A stretch of DNA of 64,000 nucleotides from Phascolarctobacterium succinatutens (lineage in GTDB: Bacteria > Bacillota > Negativicutes > Acidaminococcales > Acidaminococcaceae). The stretch covers positions 150,675 to 214,674 of the forward strand of contig NZ_CAUDZA010000001.1 of the NCBI RefSeq assembly GCF_958453765.1, written 5' to 3'. The notes beneath the pieces are model-generated. The model saw only the letters and a program-made list of their open reading frames with translations, was not told where the DNA came from and did not search any database. Shown piece after piece: positions 10,772 to 20,037 of the stretch (positions are counted from its first letter, which is position 1; every line of letters begins with the position of its first letter). A program made the position numbers and the translations under genes.

Positions 10772-12084
10772 GAGCGCCTCCTGCGGAACTGACGCATACG
10801 GATATCCATATCCGCACGCAGCAGAGCAGGCTCCTTGCCCTTGGACCATTTATCCAGCTTTTTGCGCAGCTCCAGCGCCTCCGGCGTATCCCAGGCATCC
10901 TCGCTCACCAGCTGCAGATAACGCTTTAAATCCTGCACAATCGGCAGAGCTTGCGGACGTGGGCTCACATTCTGAATATCCTGCAGCAGCTGATAGCTGT
11001 TGGCACCCAAGGAAAAATCTACGTGGCGCACGCCTTCGAACTGCTTGCCCCAGGCCAATACACGTATGCTCTCTGCCGGCACGCTGCTAAGCACCTGCGC
11101 ACTATGCGTAGTCACTACAAACTGTACCATCGGGAAGGTTTTCTGTAAATCCAGCAGTACCGTCTGCTGCCACAGCGGGTGCAGATGCATTTCTACCTCA
11201 TCAATCAATACAAGCCCCGGAGTCTTGGTTACCGCATCCTCACGCAGCTGCGGATTCAGACGCGCCATGCGATAGGCCAGGTCAGCCACCATGCTGATAA
11301 TACTGCGGAAGCCGTCGCTCAATTCATCTACCACCATTTCACCCATATCGGGATGACTGACAACAAAGCATTTCAGGCGATAATTATAATACAAATCACG
11401 CAGGCCGGTACTTTCCAGACACACGTCTACAGCGTTCTGAATCGCATTCTTCAGCATCACATTGCGCTTCACCTCTGCGCTGTACTGCTGCTCTGACTGC
11501 GCACACTTGGTAACGTACTCAAACCATTTTCCGAAGGTGCTGTAGGAAGAAGACGGCTCCAGACATTCCTCGTAGCCTACATTGCGTTCCATCAGCGATT
11601 TATGAAAATTTGTCATCAGCTTGCTGTCTACCCAAATGCGCTGAGTACCGTAATAGGCCAGCACCGGCAGCAGCCTGTTGCCGTTCTCCTTGGCATCGTG
11701 CGCCAATGCACAGCCACGTTCGCACAGCTCATCAGCATCATCCTCAGGCACATTACACTCCAGCAGGCGGCGGGTACAGGTAAGCTTTTTGCCGTAAACC
11801 TCACCCTCCAGCTTAATTTCTACCGGATAATGGCATTCCATACCATCAATATGACGCATATCCTTTTTATAAACAGGCACACGTCGCACATCCTGGGGAG
11901 TAATTTGCCGGCCACTGGCATCAAAGCTGCGCAGATAGGGCTCCAGAGCAATTGCCAGCGCATCAAAAATCGCCGTCTTGCCCTTGCCGTTTTCACCTAC
12001 AATAACTGTCAGCCTAGGTTCAAAATCAATATCAAGCTCATCGTAACAACGGAAATTCTTCAGCCTTAATCTTTCTATCTGCAT
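10768..12084 (-). CDS. AAA_21/ABC-type ATPase, PtuA-like (Septu candidate)
   Basis: 438 aa; N-terminal RecF/SMC-like start MQIERLRLKNFRCY with Walker A GENGKGKT; Walker B and H-loop LVLIDEVEMHLHP; VVTTHS near the C-terminus; promoter-like TGcTATAAT and RBS GGAGG upstream. Confidence 0.7.
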   Translation of the reverse strand: MQIERLRLKNFRCYDELDIDFEPRLTVIVGENGKGKTAIFDALAIALEPYLRSFDASGRQITPQDVRRVPVYKKDMRHIDGMECHYPVEIKLEGEVYGKKLTCTRRLLECNVPEDDADELCERGCALAHDAKENGNRLLPVLAYYGTQRIWVDSKLMTNFHKSLMERNVGYEECLEPSSSYSTFGKWFEYVTKCAQSEQQYSAEVKRNVMLKNAIQNAVDVCLESTGLRDLYYNYRLKCFVVSHPDMGEMVVDELSDGFRSIISMVADLAYRMARLNPQLREDAVTKTPGLVLIDEVEMHLHPLWQQTVLLDLQKTFPMVQFVVTTHSAQVLSSVPAESIRVLAWGKQFEGVRHVDFSLGANSYQLLQDIQNVSPRPQALPIVQDLKRYLQLVSEDAWDTPEALELRKKLDKWSKGKEPALLRADMDIRMRQFRRRRS

Positions 12085-12259
12085 AATCTGACCTCCGTTT
12101 CTGTATCTCTGCTTACATTATAGCATTATTTACATCCCATACTAAGATTTTTTACAGTTTTATTATGATTTTTTTGTGGCAGGGTGTATAATAAATAAAC
12201 ATCATCAGCAATTACTTGGTACTTGCCAACAATTACGCAATCGAAAGGAAAAACTGTTT

Positions 12260-13471
12260 ATGAATATATTTCTTCTGCTTACAATCGCCATGCTCATGAT
12301 TATCCTCATGCTGCGGCGTCACATCCCCATCGGCCCCTGTATGCTCACCAGCGGTATTTTTATCTGGCTGATGAAAGCACCGGAGCTGCCGTATCTGGTG
12401 CAGGCATTACGCGAAACCTTAACAATGCCGCGCACCTATGATATTCTTTTTGCCCTTTATTTTGTCATGTGCCTGGAAATCGAGCTGCGCACCAGCGGTG
12501 CATTGGCAGGTATGGTGCAGGCGCTGCAGCGCATCTTTTCCAGCGCTAAGGTAACCCTGGCCGTGATGCCTGCCTTCTTAGGACTGCTGCCGTCGTTGGG
12601 CGGCGCACGCTTCTCGGCTCCCATTGTAGAGGAAGCCAGCAAAAATCTGCCTATCGAACAAGACCACAAGGCAGCCATCAACTTCTGGTTCCGCCACATC
12701 TTTGAATTTTCCAGCCCGATTATCCCCGGTATGATTATGGCCTGCAACATCGCCGGTGTCAGCTACGGTGAATTTATTCTGCATCTGGCCTGGCTCACCG
12801 TCCTGGCCTTCGCCGCCGGCTGGTTTGTCCTCATCCGCCCCATTAAAGCAGATAATAACCGTACCGAAACCATTGCCAATGACAGTCAGTGTACACAGGA
12901 TTTATGGTTGGCGCTCTCGCCTGTCATTATCACCTTTATTCTCGTAGTATTCTGCAGCTTTAATGCCTCCGCCGGCATGGGCCTGGTCACAGCCTGCCTG
13001 TTTCTGGTCCTGCGCTTTACTAAGCGTGAGGTCGGTCTCAAGGATGTTGTTATCGGTGCGCTGGACATCAAAATGTTTCTCAATGTGCTCTGCATCCTCT
13101 ACTTCATTCAGATCTTGACCGTCACCCACGTGCTGCAGGAAATCGTCGCAGCCTTCCAAAGCTCTCCGCTGCCGGTGCCTGTTATCATCGCCTGCGTCAG
13201 CTTCATCATCGGCGTGCTTACAGGTATGTCGCAAGGACACGTGGCCATCGTTATGCCCATTGTCGCCGCTATGCAGACAGGCAGCCTGAACCTGGCCGGC
13301 GTTGCCATGGCCTTCGGTATTGCCGGACAAATGCTTACCCCGACGCATATGTGTCTTGTTATCACCGTCGATTATTTTAAAGCCAACTTTTTCAAAACGC
13401 TTAAGCCAGTCCTGCTTTGCGAAATCATCATTCTGACTCTCTTTACAGCTTATACATATTTCACATGGTAA
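12260..13471 (+). CDS. polytopic membrane protein, putative permease (DUF401-like)
   Basis: About 403 aa, highly hydrophobic with more than 10 predicted TM segments; start MNIFLLLTIAML with RBS AAAGGA; family assignment is from memory and weak. Confidence 0.5.
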   Translation: MNIFLLLTIAMLMIILMLRRHIPIGPCMLTSGIFIWLMKAPELPYLVQALRETLTMPRTYDILFALYFVMCLEIELRTSGALAGMVQALQRIFSSAKVTLAVMPAFLGLLPSLGGARFSAPIVEEASKNLPIEQDHKAAINFWFRHIFEFSSPIIPGMIMACNIAGVSYGEFILHLAWLTVLAFAAGWFVLIRPIKADNNRTETIANDSQCTQDLWLALSPVIITFILVVFCSFNASAGMGLVTACLFLVLRFTKREVGLKDVVIGALDIKMFLNVLCILYFIQILTVTHVLQEIVAAFQSSPLPVPVIIACVSFIIGVLTGMSQGHVAIVMPIVAAMQTGSLNLAGVAMAFGIAGQMLTPTHMCLVITVDYFKANFFKTLKPVLLCEIIILTLFTAYTYFTW

Positions 13472-13622
13472 ACTTTCAGTGCTTAATCAGCAGCAAGCAG
13501 TGTTCGGATTAGTCCTCAAAACACTGTCCGCCGCAGATTAAGCACTTTATTTTTATTATTTGCTTGCAGTAGCACAAAGATTAAGTGTATAATAATGTTA
13601 TCTATTCTTAAATTTTGGAGGG

Positions 13623-15083
13623 GTGTTTGTGAATTATACAGAAATGGTAGTATTCATTATCTACCTGTTGTTCATGCTATCAATCGGCATCTGGTTCTTC
13701 TATAAAAATCGTCAGGGTGGTGAAAAAACCTACTTTCTCGGCGGCCGTCAGATGGGACCGTGGGTAACCGCGCTTTCTGCCGGTGCTTCTGATATGAGTG
13801 CCTGGGTGCTCATGGGCTTGCCGACATCTATCTACGCTCTCGGCCTCGGTCAGGCCTGGATCAGTATCGGCCTGCTCACCGGCTATTCCTTAAGCTGGAT
13901 TTTCCAGGCTCCGCGCCTGCGTCGTTTTTCCATCGTGGCCAACGATGCCATCACTATTCCGCAGTACCTCAGCAACCGCTTTTTATCTAAGTCCCACGTG
14001 CTGCAGGTAATCTGTGCAATTGTTTTTCTGATTGCCTACACTATTTATTCCGCATCCAGCATCAAGGCTTGCGGTACTCTGTTCAACACCGTTATCGGCA
14101 TTGATCAGACCTACACCATGTATGTGGCAGCCTTTATCATCATCGGCTACACCTTCTTAGGCGGCTTCTCCGCTGTTTGCTGGACCGACTTCTACCAAGG
14201 CCTGATGATTTTAGGTTCTCTGCTGATTGCACCTATCTTCGCAGTATCCTTAATCAATCCACAGGCTGTTGCCGGCATTCCGCCCGATTACTGGAATCCG
14301 GTTGCCAAAACCTCTGATATTATCTCCGGCTTCGGCTGGGGTCTCGGCTACTTCGGTATGCCGCATATCATCATCCGCTTCATGTCCCTCAAATCCCAAA
14401 AGGAAATGAAGAAATCCGCTGTTATCGCTATCAGCTGGACCGCCCTCATCTGCTTCTTCGCTACCATGGTAGGCGTTGTTGGCCGTATGTATCTGGGCCT
14501 GGATGAAAACATCAACCAAAACTCTCTGGTATTCATCGCCATGGTTCGCAGCATTTTCCCGGCTCTGATGAGCGGTATCCTGCTCTCCGGCGTATTGGCA
14601 GCTTCCATGAGTACTGCTTCCAGTCAGCTGCTCGCTTCCGCTTCTGCCTTTGCCAGCGACGTTTATAAGCCTGTAATCCGTAAATACCAGTCCGGTGACA
14701 AGGAAATGCTTTGGGCTGGCCGCATCGTCGTACTCGTTATCTCCTTCGTTGCGCTGCTTATTGCCGATTCCCCGCGTGCAGGCAGCATTATGGAGCTGGT
14801 TGCCAACGCCTGGGGCGTATTCGGTGCAGCCTTCGGCTCTGCTATCATGCTCAGCCTTTTCTGGCGCGGCTTCACCTTCCAGGGTGCTGTAGCCTGCATC
14901 ATCGTCGGTGCTGTTGTCGATATCGGCTGGTACCTGACTATGGCAGCCTCCACCGGCATCTACGAAATTATCCCCGGCTTTTTTGCCAGCCTTATAGCAG
15001 GCGTCATTGTTTCCCTGCTCAGCGGCGGTCCTTCCAAGGATGTTGCTGAACTTTATGATAAAGCCAACAATTACGTTGAGTAA
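13623..15083 (+). CDS. sodium:solute symporter family transporter (PutP-like Na+/proline symporter)
   Basis: 486 aa; an SSS-family N-terminus ...GGRQMGPWVTALSAGASDMSAWVLMGLP and many TM segments; exact start uncertain (GTG 13623 or ATG 13647). Confidence 0.8.
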   Translation: MFVNYTEMVVFIIYLLFMLSIGIWFFYKNRQGGEKTYFLGGRQMGPWVTALSAGASDMSAWVLMGLPTSIYALGLGQAWISIGLLTGYSLSWIFQAPRLRRFSIVANDAITIPQYLSNRFLSKSHVLQVICAIVFLIAYTIYSASSIKACGTLFNTVIGIDQTYTMYVAAFIIIGYTFLGGFSAVCWTDFYQGLMILGSLLIAPIFAVSLINPQAVAGIPPDYWNPVAKTSDIISGFGWGLGYFGMPHIIIRFMSLKSQKEMKKSAVIAISWTALICFFATMVGVVGRMYLGLDENINQNSLVFIAMVRSIFPALMSGILLSGVLAASMSTASSQLLASASAFASDVYKPVIRKYQSGDKEMLWAGRIVVLVISFVALLIADSPRAGSIMELVANAWGVFGAAFGSAIMLSLFWRGFTFQGAVACIIVGAVVDIGWYLTMAASTGIYEIIPGFFASLIAGVIVSLLSGGPSKDVAELYDKANNYVE

Positions 15084-15115
15084 TAATGGTAAAGCTAAAA
15101 AAATCAGCCAAATAA

Positions 15116-15156
15116 GAAAGTCCGATTTGTCAGAACAGACGAATCGGACTTTTTAT
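15116..15156 (+). terminator. terminator after the SSS transporter
   Basis: Hairpin aagtccgatt...aatcggactt followed by TTTTT. Confidence 0.65.
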
Positions 15157-15294
15157 ATTCTCAGCAAAAATTCAAGCTAATTTTACTCAACGAAGCAAAA
15201 GCATAGCATTTTCACCGCACTCATATTATAATAAAAGTGAGCACTAAACTATCAACAAGCATTTGCTGAATACATTATATGAGGAGGTTCTGCT

Positions 15295-15888
15295 ATGCGT
15301 ACTTTTCTGCCATTAGCCTTTTGGTACTGGCTCTATAATCAGCTCTTCTTCTTTTTGGGGGCATTAGGATTTTTTGTAATTCATTTTCTTGTTGCTTTCA
15401 TTGGCTTCGGCGGCATGGATACACTTGCCAGCGGCATTTTGATAACACTTTATGCCTTAATCCTCTATAAGCTCTTCGGGCGTTTTCTCTGGCGCAGCAG
15501 GCTGCAGCAATATAATCCCGGCAACACACAGCTGCTTTGCGCCTCACTGTTGCCGCTGATTTTAGGCAGCGTTGTTCTCACCGCCAGCTTTGCCATAGCA
15601 GACGGCAAAATCTACAACACTATGACTGCCATGCCTGTGCTCGCAGCCATCAATCTCAGCCTTTCCTACCTGCCGCTCGCCAAAAGCGTCTGGACTATGC
15701 TCATTTTAGGCAGCATTTTCAACATCTTCACCATCACCTGCTTCTGGCGCTACTGCCGCAAGTATCTGCAGCAGGAAATTCCCTGGCTGAAGCTGTTCAC
15801 AATAATAGCTATCTGTCTGGCAGTCTGCACCATCATTATTTACAGCATAACCATTATGTATCTGCCTGATGACAAAGTAGGAGGATGA
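15295..15888 (+). CDS. hypothetical small integral membrane protein
   Basis: 197 aa, about 5 hydrophobic segments; RBS GAGGAGG before the ATG; followed by a terminator hairpin (ggagtattg...caatactcc + T-run) at about 16013-16050. Confidence 0.55.
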   Translation: MRTFLPLAFWYWLYNQLFFFLGALGFFVIHFLVAFIGFGGMDTLASGILITLYALILYKLFGRFLWRSRLQQYNPGNTQLLCASLLPLILGSVVLTASFAIADGKIYNTMTAMPVLAAINLSLSYLPLAKSVWTMLILGSIFNIFTITCFWRYCRKYLQQEIPWLKLFTIIAICLAVCTIIIYSITIMYLPDDKVGG

Positions 15889-16117
15889 GATAGTCAAAAT
15901 TTTATCATCATTAATCCAAACATCTTATGAAATTTTTGCAAATATACCTCTAACCATATTTTCTATGATATAATAAGTCTAACATACAAATTTAATACTG
16001 TTGTCGTTCTCTTAGGAGTATTGTAGTACCAACTGCAATACTCCTTTTTTAATAGCATCATCAATACGTATTGTTTTTATACGTGTTAAATGATACAATT
16101 ATGAAAGGAGCAATATC

Positions 16118-16312
16118 ATGAAATTTAAAGAACTGGAAAAGCTACTGAAAAAAGCCGGTTGGACATTATATTCGACCAGAGGCTCCCACTTTTATTACGT
16201 ACATCCACGCCAGTCTAATAAAGTAACTGTTCCTAACCATAAGGGAGATATTCCCATAGGCACAGTTAAAGCTATTTTCAAACAAGCCGGTTTAGATTTT
16301 CAGAAAGGGTGA
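16118..16312 (+). CDS. hicA: type II toxin HicA (mRNA interferase)
   Basis: 64 aa; MKFKELEKLLKKAGWTLYSTRGSHFYYVHPRQSNKVTVPNHKG is a typical HicA/YcfA-like dsRBD-fold toxin with the conserved His; RBS AAAGGAG; extended -10 TGaTACAAT upstream. Confidence 0.85.
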   Translation: MKFKELEKLLKKAGWTLYSTRGSHFYYVHPRQSNKVTVPNHKGDIPIGTVKAIFKQAGLDFQKG

Positions 16313-16316
16313 TTTT

Positions 16317-16730
16317 ATGTTATCAATGTATCCTGCGTGCTTTTATAAAGAAAAAGACGGACAATACACCGTAATTTTCCCAGACCTTAACCACCTGGCA
16401 ACCTGTGGTACGGATTTACAAGATGCTATGAAAATGGCAACAGACTGCCTTGCCGGCTTTCTTTACGAAGCAAAGCTCAGCAATGAAGCTGTTCCGGCAC
16501 CATCTGAATTAAACACTATTGACGTTAACGAAGAATATAGCGATTACGCAGAAGCCTTTGTTAATATAGTAAGTGTTGATGTAGAAGCATATGCCAAAGA
16601 GCACTTTACCAAAGCAGTCAAAAAAACTCTCACCATCCCCAAATGGTTAAATGATGCGGCAATTGCCAAAAAGCTGAACTTCTCCAAAATTTTACAGGAT
16701 GCTCTCAAGCACGAGCTCAATATCGGATAA
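16317..16730 (+). CDS. hicB: type II antitoxin HicB
   Basis: 137 aa; ...YPACFYKEKDGQYTVIFPDLNHLATCGTDLQDAMKMATDCL is a HicB/UPF0150 N-terminal fold; starts 4 nt after the hicA stop. Confidence 0.8.
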   Translation: MLSMYPACFYKEKDGQYTVIFPDLNHLATCGTDLQDAMKMATDCLAGFLYEAKLSNEAVPAPSELNTIDVNEEYSDYAEAFVNIVSVDVEAYAKEHFTKAVKKTLTIPKWLNDAAIAKKLNFSKILQDALKHELNIG

Positions 16731-16792
16731 AGCAAAAATCACAACCGGTTATATTATTAACCGATTGTGATTTTTTATTATAGCTTCAATAT

Positions 16793-17677
16793 TTACTTAC
16801 CGGCAATTTTGCCGTAGCATTCAGGTCTGCGATCGCGGAACAGGCCCCAGCTCAGTCTGTCCTCAGCCAAAGCTGCCAAATCATACTCCGCATAAAGAAT
16901 TTCTTCCTGATCACGCGATGCATCCTGTACAAGCTCACCGGTACCGTCGGTCATAAAGGAAGAGCCGTAGAACAGCAAGGAGGACTGTTGGCCCGCATTG
17001 CCTTCGCAGGGCTCCACAGTTTCCAAACCGATGCGGTTTGCGGCTACCACAGGCATCAGATTGGCTGCGCTATGGCCTTGCATAACACGACGCCAATGCG
17101 GCATGCTGTCGCAGTCTAAGATAGGCTCGGAACCGATTGCCGTAGGATAGAACAAAAGCTCTGCTCCGTTCAGCGCCAGGCAGCGTGCTGTCTCAGGGAA
17201 CCATTGGTCCCAGCAGATACCGATACCGACACGGCCATACTTGGTATTGAAAACCGTAAAGCCGCTGTTACCGGGTTTAAAGTAAAATTTTTCCTGATAA
17301 AAATGATCGTCAGGAATATGTGTTTTGCGATAAACGCCTAAAATCTCACCGTCAGCATCAATGCAGGCGATGGAATTATATAATTCGTTGACATCACGCT
17401 CAAAAAAGCTGATAGGCAGAACGATATTCAGCTCCTTTGCCAAACGCTTGCCCATCTGCACCGCAGGATTTTCTTCCGTAGGCAGTGCATATTGATAGAA
17501 ATCATAGCGGCGCTGCTGGCAGAAATACGGACGCTCCCACAGCTCCGGCAGCAGAATAATCTGCGCACCGTTCGCTGCAGCTTCGCGCACCAGCGCTTCA
17601 GCGTGCTGCAAATTTTCTTCTACGGTCGGCGCACAGCGCATCTGCACTGCTGCCACCTTTACCTTGCTCATAAGCAC
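16793..17677 (-). CDS. aguB: N-carbamoylputrescine amidase (carbon-nitrogen hydrolase)
   Basis: 294 aa nitrilase-superfamily protein (VAAVQM...LLPELW..., catalytic Cys in the GICWDQWFPE context); follows agmatine deiminase with a 10-nt overlap. Confidence 0.85.
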   Translation of the reverse strand: MLMSKVKVAAVQMRCAPTVEENLQHAEALVREAAANGAQIILLPELWERPYFCQQRRYDFYQYALPTEENPAVQMGKRLAKELNIVLPISFFERDVNELYNSIACIDADGEILGVYRKTHIPDDHFYQEKFYFKPGNSGFTVFNTKYGRVGIGICWDQWFPETARCLALNGAELLFYPTAIGSEPILDCDSMPHWRRVMQGHSAANLMPVVAANRIGLETVEPCEGNAGQQSSLLFYGSSFMTDGTGELVQDASRDQEEILYAEYDLAALAEDRLSWGLFRDRRPECYGKIAGK

Positions 17678-18801
17678 ACTCCCTTCGGAATTTGCTGTGT
17701 AATGCAGTGAATATTGCCGCCACCGGTCAAAATTGCCCGCGCCGGTATCTGCACTACCTTACGCTCCGGACAGAGCTTGGCAAGAATTTCCGCCGCCAAC
17801 GTATCGCTAGCCGCATTCTCACCGCCAAAGGCAGGCACTACAACACTGTCATTACTGAAATAAAAGTTTACATACGAAGCCGCCAGACGTTCACCTGCCT
17901 CGCGCATATCCTCACCCTCGACAAAGTCGAAGCCTGCTACCTCGTCCTCGGTAATGCACACAGGCACCGCAGGCACGGGCAGCTTATGCACGATGATTTT
18001 GCGTCCCTTGGCATCCGTCAGCTGCTCCAAAGCATCCAGGCTTGCCTTGCTCAAGGCATACTGCGGATCAGCTTCGTTATCTGTCCACGCCAGCACCACC
18101 TCACCGGGGCGGATAAAGGCACAGACATTATCTACATGCTCGTTTGTTTCATCGTTATAAATACCGCGCGGAATCCACAAAACCTTTTCCACGCCCAGGT
18201 AAGTCTTAAGCTTTTGCTCAATCTGCTCTTTGGAAAGGTCGGGATTGCGTCCTGCGCTCAGCAGGCAGGCCTCCGTTACGAGTGCCGTGCCCTCGCCGTC
18301 ACAGTGAATAGAACCGCCCTCCAGCACGAAGGGAACAGCATCATACAGGGCAGCACCATAATGCTCGGCAAACTTTTCCGCAAAAGCATCGTCCTGCTCA
18401 TAATCGGGATACAGGCCGTCTACCTCGCCGCCCCAGGCATTGAAGCGCCAGTTCACACCGCGCAGCTCACGTCCCTGTGCGCCGTCGCGTACAACAAAAG
18501 TCGGGCCGATGTCACGCGCCCAGCTGTCATCCGTTTCCATAGCAACCAGCTCAACATTGGCGACACCTGCAAGATATTTCTGCGCCACAGCAAAGTGCTT
18601 AGCACCGCAGATAACATAAACCTTTTCGCTCGCCGCAATCGCCTTAATCACAGCCGTAAACGCTTCGCAGGCCGCAACTGCGCCAAAGCTCCAGGAGCCC
18701 GGACGCTGCGGCCACACGATAATGCAGCCGTCATGCGGTTCGTATTCGCCTGGCATGTGAAAGCCGTCAGCAGCGGGAGTAAAGTTTTTCTCTAACATCA
18801 T
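17668..18801 (-). CDS. aguA: agmatine deiminase
   Basis: 377 aa; porphyromonas-type peptidyl-arginine deiminase fold with the motif ...WIPRGIYNDETNEHVDNVCAF...GGNIHCITQQ. Confidence 0.85.
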   Translation of the reverse strand: MMLEKNFTPAADGFHMPGEYEPHDGCIIVWPQRPGSWSFGAVAACEAFTAVIKAIAASEKVYVICGAKHFAVAQKYLAGVANVELVAMETDDSWARDIGPTFVVRDGAQGRELRGVNWRFNAWGGEVDGLYPDYEQDDAFAEKFAEHYGAALYDAVPFVLEGGSIHCDGEGTALVTEACLLSAGRNPDLSKEQIEQKLKTYLGVEKVLWIPRGIYNDETNEHVDNVCAFIRPGEVVLAWTDNEADPQYALSKASLDALEQLTDAKGRKIIVHKLPVPAVPVCITEDEVAGFDFVEGEDMREAGERLAASYVNFYFSNDSVVVPAFGGENAASDTLAAEILAKLCPERKVVQIPARAILTGGGNIHCITQQIPKGVCL

Positions 18802-20036
18802 GACAAACGTCCTTTAAAATCTTCATAACCGAAACGGCGTACCAGCTCTGTAGTACCGTCCTTGTGCAGCAGCACAATATCAGGCAGCGGAATGCCGTTA
18901 AAGGTATTATTTTTAACCATGGAATAAATCGCCATATCCTCAAAAATCAGCTTATCGCCAACCTTGATTTCCTTGTCAAAGCTGTAATCGCCAATCACGT
19001 CACCGGCCAGACAGGTCATCGAGGATAAACGGTATTTATATTGCTTTTCGTCAGCCTCATAACCGCCGCGCAGAGGCGGACGGTAAGGCATCTCCAGCAC
19101 ATCAGGCATATGGCAGGCAGCCGAGGCATCAAGGATAAGAATATCCAGACCGTTATGCACAATATCCAACACCTCGGTCACAAGATAACCGGCATTGAGC
19201 GCCACAGCCTCACCGGGCTCCAGATATACCTCAACATGATAGGTATTACGAATATATTTTACTAAATCAATCAGCGCTTCCACATCATAATCACTGCGCG
19301 TAATATGATGGCCGCCGCCCAGATTCAACCATTTAAGCTGCTTAAAGTACTTGCTGAACTTCGCTTCGAAAGCCTTCCAGGTAGTCAGCAGATCATCAGC
19401 ATTCTGCTCACACAGCGTATGGAAATGCAGGCCTTCGATTTCCGGCGGCAAAACCTCCGGAAAGTTCGCCAGCGTTACGCCCAGACGTGAGCCATAGGCA
19501 CATGGGTCATAAATTGCATGCTCACCCTCCTGCGTCGAGCATTCCGGGTTCACGCGGATACCAACGCTCACACCGGCCTGAGCGCAGACAGCCTTATGCT
19601 TTTCAAACTGCGCAAAGCTGTTGAAAATGATATGGTCGCAGATTTGCACCAGCTCCTGCATATCCTGCTCCTTAAAAGCAGGTGCAAAAACATGGTTCTC
19701 CTTGCCCATCTCCTCATGACCGAGGCGCGCTTCATAAATGCCGCTTGCCGTCGTGCCTGCCAAATATTCGCCCATCAGCGGATACAGGCGGAACATAGAA
19801 AAGCATTTCTGTGCCAGCAGAATATGCGCACCGCTTTCGCGCTGCACATGCTGCAAAAGACGCAGATTATTCAGCAGCTTAGCCTCATCAACCACATAGC
19901 AGGGAGTCGGCAGCGCCTTCAGCGCCGCCTCCTCACGCTCTGCGCGCAAATTCTTCTGCAAATCAGCCAGACGGGAAGCACCCTCAGCCTTGTCGACAAC
20001 ATATGCCGGCATTACAGTTTTCTTGGCGTCCGTCAT
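18798..20036 (-). CDS. nspC: carboxynorspermidine/carboxyspermidine decarboxylase
   Basis: 412 aa alanine-racemase-fold PLP decarboxylase (...LNLGGGHHIT...EPGEAV...), sitting next to the CANSDH gene. Confidence 0.8.
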   Translation of the reverse strand: MTDAKKTVMPAYVVDKAEGASRLADLQKNLRAEREEAALKALPTPCYVVDEAKLLNNLRLLQHVQRESGAHILLAQKCFSMFRLYPLMGEYLAGTTASGIYEARLGHEEMGKENHVFAPAFKEQDMQELVQICDHIIFNSFAQFEKHKAVCAQAGVSVGIRVNPECSTQEGEHAIYDPCAYGSRLGVTLANFPEVLPPEIEGLHFHTLCEQNADDLLTTWKAFEAKFSKYFKQLKWLNLGGGHHITRSDYDVEALIDLVKYIRNTYHVEVYLEPGEAVALNAGYLVTEVLDIVHNGLDILILDASAACHMPDVLEMPYRPPLRGGYEADEKQYKYRLSSMTCLAGDVIGDYSFDKEIKVGDKLIFEDMAIYSMVKNNTFNGIPLPDIVLLHKDGTTELVRRFGYEDFKGRLS

Positions 20037-20037
20037 C

